Assembly: GCA_019828565.1 (NCBI GenBank)
Contig: JAHDYR010000033.1
Coordinates: 160,369-224,368 of the forward strand
DNA length: 64,000 nt
Direction: 5' to 3'
DNA from: Carpediemonas membranifera BICM
Lineage: Eukaryota > Protista > Fornicata
This document shows positions 46,458 to 56,734 of the stretch, piece after piece (positions within the stretch are counted from its first letter, which is position 1; every line of letters begins with the position of its first letter). The notes beneath the pieces were generated by a model that was given only the letters and a program-made list of their open reading frames with translations, was not told the origin of the DNA and ran no database searches. A program made the position numbers and the translations under genes.

Positions 46458-47681
46458 CTAAACAATCGGTCTCATGCCCTCTACTCGCTTATAGACAACC
46501 TTACATTTGCTGCAGAGGGGAACGATGTACAACTTGCCATCAATGGTGTACTGCACTTCCTCAGAGCAATGCTCACAGTACCACCAGTGACAGCCTCGGC
46601 AGCAAAGAAGAGTAGAAGCCTGTTCTTCTGCTTTCTTCGTGTTCTTGGATCTTAGGCCCTTTTTGCACGCCTGGCACTTGTTGCTAGAGCCGGTAATATA
46701 GCACGCGGGACAGTAGTCCTTCTTGCCCTTCGTCCTGACACATTGCTCGTGCAGGAAACCTTTGCAAGCACAGCATCTCCTGAACGTAGTGCCGTCTGGA
46801 TTGAAGAACCACTCGGGGGTACCACACACAAGACATCCAAATAGCATTTTGCGCTGATGAAGGCTAAGGAAAGTCGTCTTACATGTCTCGGGTTCGGTAG
46901 GCGGGTCTCTCACACGGGTCTCTGAGACAACGTCGTTGATCAGGACCTTAATACGGTCAACAACAGCATCGGACACGTTGTTAGACACCTGCTGCAGATC
47001 GTCGTCACCAAGCCTGGGTCGCTTGGCTTCCTCGTCGTCAAAGACGATCTTCTTCCGAACCGGCACCGATCGATCTGTCGTTGACTGAGGTGTGTCTGCT
47101 TCATCACCAACACCAAGTGAAGACAGTTGCGTAGTCGACCGTATCGGTGGGATCTCTGCCTTGATCATCGTAGTCGGGGTCGATTTGACCGTTGCCTTTT
47201 GCTTGACAGGCTTATATCTCACCCGGTTGATCACAGGCAAGTTCTCAAGGCTGATTGAGTCGGAAACATCGTTCAGTCCAGCATCTGAGAGAACTTCTGA
47301 GAGCATCTGGCGGAACTCGGCATGGCAGGGCTGACTACGGACAGCAATGTGCTGCATGACAGAGCCATTGTACTCCGCAGAGGGTCTAACTGCTGTTATA
47401 AACGTAGTAACGCCGACAACAGTCGTCCGCCTGACCTGTTCCCGGAGTTCAATTGACTTGAACCCAGGGCATTCGGCGGCGACCCTGCGCTGGACCTCCA
47501 GAAGTACCTTATGGATGTCGCGTGCACTCAAGCCGAGGTCAGTTGCCTCGTCGTCCTCAAATACTGAAGAAACAACGGCTGTAACAAATGAACGACGGAG
47601 ATTTGCGAGCTTACTGTTGCCATACTGTCTGATGGGGGGCGTAGCAGCAATAGGTTCTGGTACAGACACTTCTGAATTCAT
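46458..47681 (-). CDS. PHD/zinc-finger protein (paralog of 35439-36723)
   Basis: CLVC...CCACKGFLHEQC...YCPAC followed by CQAC..CRGC..CEHC..CSKC. Confidence 0.8.
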   Translation of the reverse strand: MNSEVSVPEPIAATPPIRQYGNSKLANLRRSFVTAVVSSVFEDDEATDLGLSARDIHKVLLEVQRRVAAECPGFKSIELREQVRRTTVVGVTTFITAVRPSAEYNGSVMQHIAVRSQPCHAEFRQMLSEVLSDAGLNDVSDSISLENLPVINRVRYKPVKQKATVKSTPTTMIKAEIPPIRSTTQLSSLGVGDEADTPQSTTDRSVPVRKKIVFDDEEAKRPRLGDDDLQQVSNNVSDAVVDRIKVLINDVVSETRVRDPPTEPETCKTTFLSLHQRKMLFGCLVCGTPEWFFNPDGTTFRRCCACKGFLHEQCVRTKGKKDYCPACYITGSSNKCQACKKGLRSKNTKKAEEQASTLLCCRGCHWWYCEHCSEEVQYTIDGKLYIVPLCSKCKVVYKRVEGMRPIV

Positions 47682-48139
47682 GAGAATTTCTATCCAAGCT
47701 GTTTACGTTGTTACATTTGTCTATTTACGTAGACTCCTGGCATTGACAATACCTAAAACTGCGACATTTGTCGATCATGATTCGAGCAACTAGCCACCAA
47801 AAGGTAGAAACGGTAACGTCAGGGCTCGTGGAAGTTGCCAAAGTACAAGATTCTTACCAAATAATCCGAAAAACTGCTCAGGGCTTGCGAAAGGAAGAAG
47901 AAATCAACAAAAAGGTGAATGACACAGAGTTTCTGCTGCAAGAGATACGCGATTTGTTTATAGATGCCATACAGACGATGAGGGACAAGTAAAAATGACA
48001 TTCACTAGCTTTGCTTCTCATTTCACATATTCTTGTGAAATATGTGAAATGTGAAACAGATTCTAGTGAATCTCATTTTTTCTTGCACTTTTTGGAGTAT
48101 CTCCAGGGTATCTCCCGGGAGACTCTAGCCATTCTTACA

Positions 48140-50660
48140 GTATGAGAGCAGGAATTTCTGGGAGCCGTCGTCAATTCAAGAGAGATGTGCATCAAACTCA
48201 CCGAAGCCAAGCGCAAGAAGTACAAGAACGCCGTGGACAACATTTTAAGAGAAAGAAGGTTCTTTATAAGCGAACTAAGCCGGCTGGTCGGAAGACTGAC
48301 CTTCACCAAGGTGTGCTGCGGCACAACAGCGCTCATCAGGGTCAGGGAGCTCTGCATCGCCGCACAAGGTCTCAAGAGGAGCAAGAACCCCAGAGCCACT
48401 CGAGGATGCCTCTCAGAGGCAGCGATAGCGGACCTTCAGTGGTGGAGCCGCAAGCTGGAGACGATCCCGAGCTGCCCGATCAGACCACCCAGGAGCGCCA
48501 CAATAAGGGTCGAGAGCGACGCATCAGACGAGGCGGCCGGGGCCATCGTGTTCCGGGGACCGGCGCTGGCCAGGTCGTGGTCACGCCAGTGGACGAAGGA
48601 CGAGCTGAAGATGTCAATCAACGCGAGGGAATCTTTGGCGGCCATGGAGGCAATCATGGCCATGCTGCAGACGGAGGACTCGGCCGTCATACTGCTCACG
48701 ACCGACAACATCTCGGCCCGCAAATGGGTGGCGAAGAGCGGCACGAGGGCGCCCAAGCAAGTACGAGCGCTCGCCCGGGCATTCGGAGATTGGTTAGACC
48801 AGCACAAGCACAAGCTCATCGTCAGATACCAGCCAGGGCCACTGAACTGGCAGGCCGACAGAATATCCAGACCGAGATCCTTCCAAGTCGGGCACTTTAT
48901 CCCGACAGAGGTACTGCTGGCAGCGTCATGGAGATGGGGTGCAGTGGAAGAAGACTTGTCAGAGCAGCAGCTGGAGCCGCTCACGGAGGAGTTGAGAGGA
49001 CGGCGACTGCTCCTATGCCCCAAGTTACAGGCTCCTCGGCAGATACACACAGAGACTGGCCGAGATCGCACGCAACACAGAGACCCCACCAGCACTTCAG
49101 GACAGCGGAGTCATGTTAGTAACGGTCAAGGTCCGCAACAACCACCAGCTCACACTCAGGAAGATCGCCCAGAAGTCAGTCGTGGTCAGCGTGAACAGAG
49201 AGGAGTGCCCGCAGGAGTGGCGTGCCCTCTCATGGAACAGATGGAAGATACAGCTGGTCGCATATTGGATCGCGACCTGAGGGCAGCGGGCGTCAACATT
49301 GGCAGGATTAGCACAGCATCAGCCGCAACAAGGAGAGATCGCGATATCCACGTGGACAGGACGGTGCAGAGCCGAGTGAACACCGCTCTCTGCCTGGTCA
49401 AGTACTCCCAAGCCGTGAAGGACGACATCGCCCGCGAGACAACAGCCTACCTCACCTATGCCCGCGGTGCACGAGAGAGACCCAGCCTGCCGCCCGCCCT
49501 GGAGAAGCTGTGGGTCGTGATTAGCCTGCATGGAGACCTCTTATGGAACTATATGATGATTGAGGGCCAATACTGTGCGGGTGCGAGGGTCTCGACTAAA
49601 TTCTCACGGATCTGTAAAGGTCTGGGGGCAATTGGTCAACCAAGAGGTCTGCACGCAGAGGACCAAGACGTGATAAGGGCAATAGCGAAGGCGGCCAGCA
49701 GCACTAGGGGAGCACTCGAGAGGAAGCAAGGCAGAGCACTGCCCATTGAGTGGAGGTGGATAGAGCGAAGTATCCGATCGTATGAACGATGCAAGCACAC
49801 CCCACACCTGGTCCAAGCTGTGACAATAGCTCTGCTGGCATTCACGACAGTCTCGCGGCTGGGGGAGGTCCTAGCGCTCAGGCGTGAGGACGTTCTACAG
49901 GTCGACGGGGCGATAGTACTGCGCTTTAGGACGACTAAGACCAGACAGAATGTGCTCAAGGCGGTACCGAGAACGAAGACGGAGACATGCCCGACAAGGT
50001 GGCTCGTGGAGCACCTCAAGTCGGTACGAGATGGACCGCTCTGGCGCGAGTCTGTGGCCGACGGCAAGCCGATCGCAAGAGCCCCTGGCCGGGACCCAGG
50101 CGAGGAGGTGGGAGGTGATCGAAGATCTCCGCGAGCTGTTACACCTGGACATTTCTGGCCATTCATTCAGAAGGGGCGGCGTAGTCGAACTCGTCAGAAG
50201 AGGAACACCATTGACAATAATTCAAGCGTTAGGTACCTGGAAGTCGAGTGAGTCAGTATTAGCATATTGTGAGGAGGCGATACGTCTGGCCCCGGAGATC
50301 GCCCAGCTGACCATGGGCTAAAAGATTGGATTTGATGACGGTTGGCACGGAATGGGATGTTACACCCTGTTGCCTGTTGCCTGTTCAGGCCGTGCATAGC
50401 ACGTTGGCAAGGCCAGCGGAGCCAACACTTCGGCGCGAGAGGTCGAGGATGATTCGATACGATCTCAAAGACGGGATCGTGCGTCTCATAAGGGCGGTTC
50501 AGTTGTTCAAGAGCGAACTGAAACCGCGGGGCAGCCTTGCTCCCGATCCCCTCCTTCGGAGGGTGACGCTCGGCATCACGTAAGGTCGAGCGAGGTAATT
50601 TACTCCGGCTTACGCAGAGTTAGACCCGGGACGATGCGAGAACGCGACACAATAAATTAC
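48140..50660 (+). mobile_element. DIRS-type element D2, 5'-truncated (RT end, RNase H, MT-like remnant, tyrosine recombinase to 50321, structured 3' region)
   Basis: EFLGAVV, ESDASDEAAG, INARES, TTDNISA, NWQADRISR, TVSRLGEVL, KT and GHSFRRGG..LGTWKS..LAY. Confidence 0.9.
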
Positions 50661-50826
50661 CCCCCCCCTGTGGGAATGGACGGAGTCTACCGGATTGTCA
50701 GCCTGTCTGACTGACAAGGAGAGCGAAGCGTCAGTAGTTCGGCGCAGGTGGCCGAGGGGATTTAGATTCGGTCCTGATTTGGTCTGGCTCTGTGGAGTCG
50801 ATCGAGATCGAATCGAAGAGGCCTAG

Positions 50827-53800
50827 ATGGAACGGGAGCAAGAAGAACAAGCCCAGCAAGGGCAACATGAGTAGGAGGTGCTCAACGCCCCAATTGAAGA
50901 GGAAAAACCAGTAGCTGAAGAACTACAAGCCCTACGGGCGGAGCTCGCTGATCTTAGAGCCGAGCGAGCACGCAACCATTGGATCAAGCCTTCAGCGGGC
51001 GCCATGCGTGAGGAAGCCGACTTCCTTGAACGCCTGTACCGTGACCTGCGCTTCAACCGCGCGACCTCAGGCGATGTCGTCCTCAACCGCCTCTACGCCC
51101 GGCACCGCCTCCTCTGGGCCAAGGACCGTTATGGTTATGAGGTCTCCCTCTCTATCAACGCCGTGATCGAGGCTGAGCTGGCCAGAGAGCCCGAAATCGA
51201 TGAGGATCAACTCGAGTCTAAGATCCTGACGGCCCTCTCAAAAATTCCCCGCCTCGGAGAGAAGGAGCGCACACGCTCTTCTTTTCAGAAGAGGAAGCGC
51301 GCCGGCCCTCGGCAGCATTAACGAGCAAACCCGATCAAGATGCATTTTACCCAACACCTCCTTCAGATCCTCCTCCTTCCCCACCTCCTCTTCCCCCTTC
51401 CTCACCAACGCCTCCACAACCGAGCTACGACATCCCGTCTCACCCCGCACGCCCTGTAGACGAAGAGCCTCTATCCTATCCCTCCAACGCGGACAAGACC
51501 TTTCTCTCCATGAATCTGCGGTGGAAAACATGGCAGCGCTTTGGAGCGCCCTCCGAAGTGGTACAGTGGCTCAGAGAAGGCGTCCCGATCACAACAACAG
51601 CGACACCGAAGCGCCCCAGCCTCCAATGCGCCAGAAAGGACCAGCTAAGACACTTCCGCGCTCATCTTCGAGAACTTCTAAGGGTGGGCGCGGCATCCCC
51701 AGTGTCGTGGGTCCTACCCACAATTTACATAGTTAACATTTACATAGCCATGTTTCTCGACACACAAGTGGCAACCCCCTTCTTTGTTCTAAACTCTTTT
51801 CTTCTTTTGAGGTTAACGGACCACATTACTAGTAATCAAAGCCAGAAAACCGAAATGCAGAAGAAACAACTCATCCCTCCGCTGTTCAAGACGCCGTCTG
51901 TCTCCGAGCTGATCAGCTTTGCCGAAAAGTTCCGAGACTACCGCGCAATGGGAGGTAAGCGATCGATCGACGCAATGATCGACCCCGCGATTAAGGACCT
52001 ATTCCCTGTCGATGACGAAGACGAGACCCCACTTATTCTTAGCAAGAAGAAAGCTCGCCGCGAGCATCGGGACAAAGTGGTCCTCAAGCGCCTCGGCACA
52101 ACGCTGAAGCCCCGTAACTTAACAGCTCAACTGATGCCATTCCGCCTCCACGCCTCCGACTTCTCGGTTATGGAGGTCGCCCGCGTCAACCGCCGCTTCA
52201 AGCTCGTCCTCGCCCTATTCCAAGACGACAGCCTTCTAACCGATGTGGTCGTAACCCCGTTTTTAACAGTATGCAGACTCGATTGCCGCAGCCGCCTGGA
52301 TCAACAAGCAGGGGTCTACATCCGCCCCGTCCTCCGTCATCACAGCGCTTCAGAGCCTACTCCCAAGACTGGCAGAGGCGGCCATCAGCGTCCACGCGGT
52401 TCACACACAAGGCCATATGAACGTGGAAGCAGACGCTCTCTCACGCTTCGCAAAGCTCGACTGGCAGACCCCAAGGGGGATGCTCGCTTGGATCCAAAGG
52501 GCGTGGGGCCCAGTACAACTGGACGCCTCAGGACACCCCCAGAAGGAGCTCCTACTCCCAGGATTCGCCTCGCAGTCCCTGTCGTTCACGGACAGAGGCC
52601 TTCAGGCAGAGTGGCGCGGGTCAAGGGTGTTCGTCGCTCCACCATGGGCCATGCTCCCGGCGGTCGCCGCAAAGCTGGCCAGGATCCGGCTGCCCACCTC
52701 CACCAGACACCCAAGATCAGTTGCATCGGCAGTCATCCTGGTCTGCCCGGACATTGCGTCGACGGCAACGCTGTGGCTGAGGCGACAGGCTCACTGCAAG
52801 CGCTTCTTTCGAATCCCGCGCGATCAACTGGTCAACACCGAGTTGGAGCGGCTGCAGAGCGACGGCTCCATCCGCATGCTCGCACTATTCATCGAGACGA
52901 GATCTTTGACAGAGCAGTCGCCCATTCAGTACTAGCCGGCTACTCCGAGGCATACAGGCGCCACATCGCAGGGACAGTGGCACAGTTCGCCACATTCAAC
53001 AGCGACCTCCCGCTCAGCTCGGACGAGCTTGTCTCCCGGTGGGCTGCAGAGCAGGCAACCCATGTAGGAGAGGTCACGCTACGAAGCAAGGCCTTCACCA
53101 TAGCCCGGTTCACACCCCTTTTAGTGGGCGAGGTCTCCCAGTTCATATCCCAGCTGGCGCAGCAGCATGCCAAGCAAGCTAGGTCCGCACCAAGAGGCCC
53201 TGCGGTTCCTATCCGCGCGCTCATCATCATAGACCGCTGGGGCTCGGCCACGCCCGAGCAGAGGGCCGACCCCTGCTGGCTGCAGGCCTTCTACTTCGGC
53301 GTCATCACTTACGTCACGACATCAAGGCCTGGTGAGATCTTCTCGCTGACTCCGGCCGACGTCGCCGGCAGACCAGGTCGTGGTCTGAGGGTCTGCATCC
53401 GTCGGACTAAGACCGGCATGACGAACGTGTACAAGGTGGTCCCGAGGCTGGGCGATGCCCCCTTCTGCCCGGCCACTTGGCTTCACGCCCATGCTCGTAA
53501 CCTCCCTAGTAGCCAGCGTCTCTGGCGGGCCCCTGCCAATATCCGAGGAGACCTATCACTGTCGACTGAGGTGTCCTATGCCGTGCTCGAGGACCAGGTT
53601 AGGGGGGTCTTCGGCAAGGTGACGCGATTGCACGGATTCCGCAGAGGATCAGCCGCCGACCTCCTCCTGTGTGGCATCCCAGTAGAGGTTGTCGCCGCGA
53701 AGGGCACCTGGGCGACGACGGTGAGCCTTATCCGCTATGTGGGCGATACCCTGCGCCTTGATGGCGCCTCCTCCGCAACCCCACTGAGGAGAATGTTAAG

Positions 53801-54120
53801 AGAAGAAGAGTGATATAGTCGACTATGGCGATTGAGGAGTCGCCGTGGTCGACACCGTTGAGAGTCCCGAGGGACTAACGGTAAATGAGCTGATATCAAC
53901 TATGTTTTGGGTCCGACCGGGACAACCCCATGGTTTTAGAGCAGCGAGACTGCCTAGTCGTCTGCACGTCAGACCGGTGACGTCAGCTCCGACGTGCGTT
54001 AATCGAGCATGGGCGATGGCTCCGGTCACACCCTGTCTGCTATGATGTGGTTCGAGACCACCTCAATAAGCTCAACTTGGGTTGGATCATTAGAGTGAGT
54101 CAATTGATCGAGTCATTTGA
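50827..54120 (+). mobile_element. DIRS-type element D3 (gag-like ORF 50878-51321, RT start, RNase H-MT, tyrosine recombinase to 53813), interrupted at 51703 to ~52260
   Basis: WQRFGAPSEVVQWLREG, ADSIAAAAWINKQGS, NVEADALSR, WRGSRVFVAPPW, TSRPGEI and LHGFRRGSA..GTW..IRY. Confidence 0.88.
51703..52260 (+). mobile_element. Gypsy fragment G5: 123-bp 5' LTR (51703-51825) plus Gag N-terminus (ATG 51855), nested in D3
   Basis: LTR TGTCGT...ACCACA is followed by TTACTAGTAA. PLFKTPSVSELISFAEKF..YRAMGGKR is homologous to G1 Gag. Confidence 0.75.
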
Positions 54121-55262
54121 TCCGATCATTTCACAGAAGGAAAGGAACGCGGGGAACGAGCCCCATACCGCATTTGGGAACCCCATATTGCCCGTCCCAT
54201 GACCTACTGGGAGCAGCCCGGGATGGACGGCTGTACGGCAATTGCAAGTGCGTAAACGAAGAGTGTTTAATAGGGGGTTTAGACCACATATGCATAAATG
54301 GCCGAAACCAAATATCTGAATCTAATTCTGTATCTATAAATATATCTTGCGATATTGCTATCTATGGCCGTGGTAGGGTATGATAGCAACACGGCAGAGC
54401 GCTGCGGAGGTACCCACACATGGCGGATTCGACTGCTGGAGAGCAGGCTCTCAGACTTACACAGGAATTATCTACGGCACCAGCAGGGTCGGTGTTTTCT
54501 CATGGCATAGGCCACTTCTTTCTCCGACCCTGCCGAGCGCATGTCGTTCTCAGGTACGCCCAGGGGCGTCTCTAAGGAACATTTATCCGGCTGATCCATA
54601 TAAATGTTTCTCCCCCCCATTGGAAATACAGAAGTGAATGTGAGTGTCTGCCTCATACTGTCAATGTCCCTAGATTATCTTTGCTAAACCCTAGATTATC
54701 TTCGACCTCAAAAAGCTAGATAATCTACGGTTGCAAGAAAAAATGAACTCGACGATGAGCCGGAGCTGGATCTTCAAAGTGGTATGGTAGTACTTGGCTA
54801 TACCTAAGCAATACGCATGCGCAGTATCAAACTTTAAATCCTGCTAGAAAAAAGTAACATAGGGACAAATTCGAATTGAGAGTTGAGACTCAAAAAACGG
54901 GCAGGGGGGAGGAAATGGTCCATAAGTACGCCTTATGGGTCGCTTCCTCCCCTCTGCCCCTTTTTTTATCGCAAAATCGATTTGCCGGATTTGACACACG
55001 TTTGATGTGATCAAAATGGATTTGATAGACATGGGTCCAGATCATGCAGTTGGCCATCCTGAAGCGCTAGGGCGGCCTGCAGCAATGCCTCTGCTGAATG
55101 CCCTTCATGCCTGACGGACAGGACGCGCGTTGAATCTAAAGGACTGCATGTTTCGGCATCAGAAGAAGGTGTGGAATACAACGAAGTCATCGCCGATCTG
55201 GATACCCCTGACGACAGATGGAATGACTGAAGCTGTAAACATATCCATTGACTCTGAATCTT

Positions 55263-55727
55263 TTATTTCTCCATCTGCGAGTTAAGCCAGGCCACTGCCT
55301 TTCCCGTCAGATATACCTTACGCGTGTCGTGCACCTTCTTTGTTGCTCTTGCGGCTGAAGCATCAACAGTGGCCTGCTTCAACAAATCTCGGCAGCTAGA
55401 CTTCGGCGTCTTGGTGCCACGCCGCGTGCAGGCCCACTCTCTATCGTCCACGGACTCACCACACACAACGCATGACCCTGCGAATACGGTCGGTGCCTTC
55501 TCCTTCAGCTTCTGTCGAAGCAGATCGCACATCGCGGTCTTGACGACGCGTCGAGACAATTCATGCGTGCGCAGGGTACTAACAGGCTCAAACAACAGCT
55601 CTGTCTGAGTAGACGCCTCCTCTAGGTCTCGCACAGTCTGAGTCTCTGCATGCTCACCCTGTGGCGAAAACTGCTGGCATTTTCCCACCATCCTCGGCTT
55701 ATCAGGATCAGGACCCAGCGCATTCAT
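55263..55727 (-). CDS. Small hypothetical protein with a CxxC zinc-ribbon-like motif
   Basis: CVVCG...C..C. It may be continuous with the HEPN ORF upstream. Confidence 0.4.
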   Translation of the reverse strand: MNALGPDPDKPRMVGKCQQFSPQGEHAETQTVRDLEEASTQTELLFEPVSTLRTHELSRRVVKTAMCDLLRQKLKEKAPTVFAGSCVVCGESVDDREWACTRRGTKTPKSSCRDLLKQATVDASAARATKKVHDTRKVYLTGKAVAWLNSQMEK

Positions 55728-55756
55728 GTAAACAGGTACCTCAACCCGCTTCTCGA

Positions 55757-56191
55757 CTATCCTGACAGGCTGGGAGTCCCTGCGGGAAGGGGCTTGCGGG
55801 TGAACTCGCGTCCTGGTCGGCCCCCGTTCGCCTCGTTGTGCAGAGCCTCCATGAAGGCATTGAAGCCGTCATCACGGCCCACCTTCTGCGTCACAAACGA
55901 CATGACGCATGTGACCGACATCTCAAAGGATGCAAAATCGTCAGCACTGGAAACATCGCGATTGTGGCAGATTGAGTTTCGAGCTGCCAACAGCTCGCGT
56001 ATATGTCTCTTATCAGCGTGATGAAGATCAGGAACACGATGTAGGATCGCTTGCAAAAGCATAGCCGGATCCATCTCGCCACCGTCACCACGGTACCTCG
56101 CGATGTACTCCTGCAGCTTCGGAATCATCCTCAGTAGCGCTTCAAACATCATGCTGGCGTATCCTGCTGAATCCTTCGCCCCAGAGCTCAT
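55757..56191 (-). CDS. HEPN-domain (Swt1-like) putative RNase
   Basis: All-helical 144-aa ORF with D..MLLQAI...IRELLAARNSICH, containing the Rx4H motif. Confidence 0.65.
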   Translation of the reverse strand: MSSGAKDSAGYASMMFEALLRMIPKLQEYIARYRGDGGEMDPAMLLQAILHRVPDLHHADKRHIRELLAARNSICHNRDVSSADDFASFEMSVTCVMSFVTQKVGRDDGFNAFMEALHNEANGGRPGREFTRKPLPAGTPSLSG

Positions 56192-56734
56192 ATCGGTTTC
56201 TTCAGAACGAAATTCTAAAGAAATGTTCGGTGGTAAGTGAGATCACTGCGCATCTAGAGACAGCAGAAACGTAACCTACAGCCCATATTGATGTGTGCTG
56301 GTCTTATCCGGATGTCCAAGGACCTTGATTCGCTCTGGGGTAGTCCCCCCATGACCGTCAGGCACGCGAACCGCATCCTGCACGAAGCGGGGATGCAGAG
56401 TCTGAAAAGACCCATCTCTCTGTCCGATCTGGATACCCCTGACGATAGATGGAATGACTGAAGCTGTAAACATATCCATTGACTCTGAATCTTTTATTTC
56501 TCCATCTGCGAGTTAAGCCAGGCCACTGCCTTTCCCGTCAGATATACCTTACGCGTGTCGTGCACCTTCTTTGTTGCTCTTGCGGCTGAAGCATCAACAG
56601 TGGCCTGCTTCAACAAATCTCGGCAGCTAGACTTCGGCGTCTTGGTGCCACGCCGCGTGCAGGCCCACTCTCTATCGTCCACGGACCCACCACACACGGC
56701 ATTCATGATTCCAAGGTCTAATTATTTACTCGAT

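Larger units (their letters stand above)
55193..56697 (+). repeat. 274-bp direct repeats 55193-55466 / 56424-56697
   Basis: Near-identical copies containing the 3' end of ORF 55263-55727. Confidence 0.93.
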
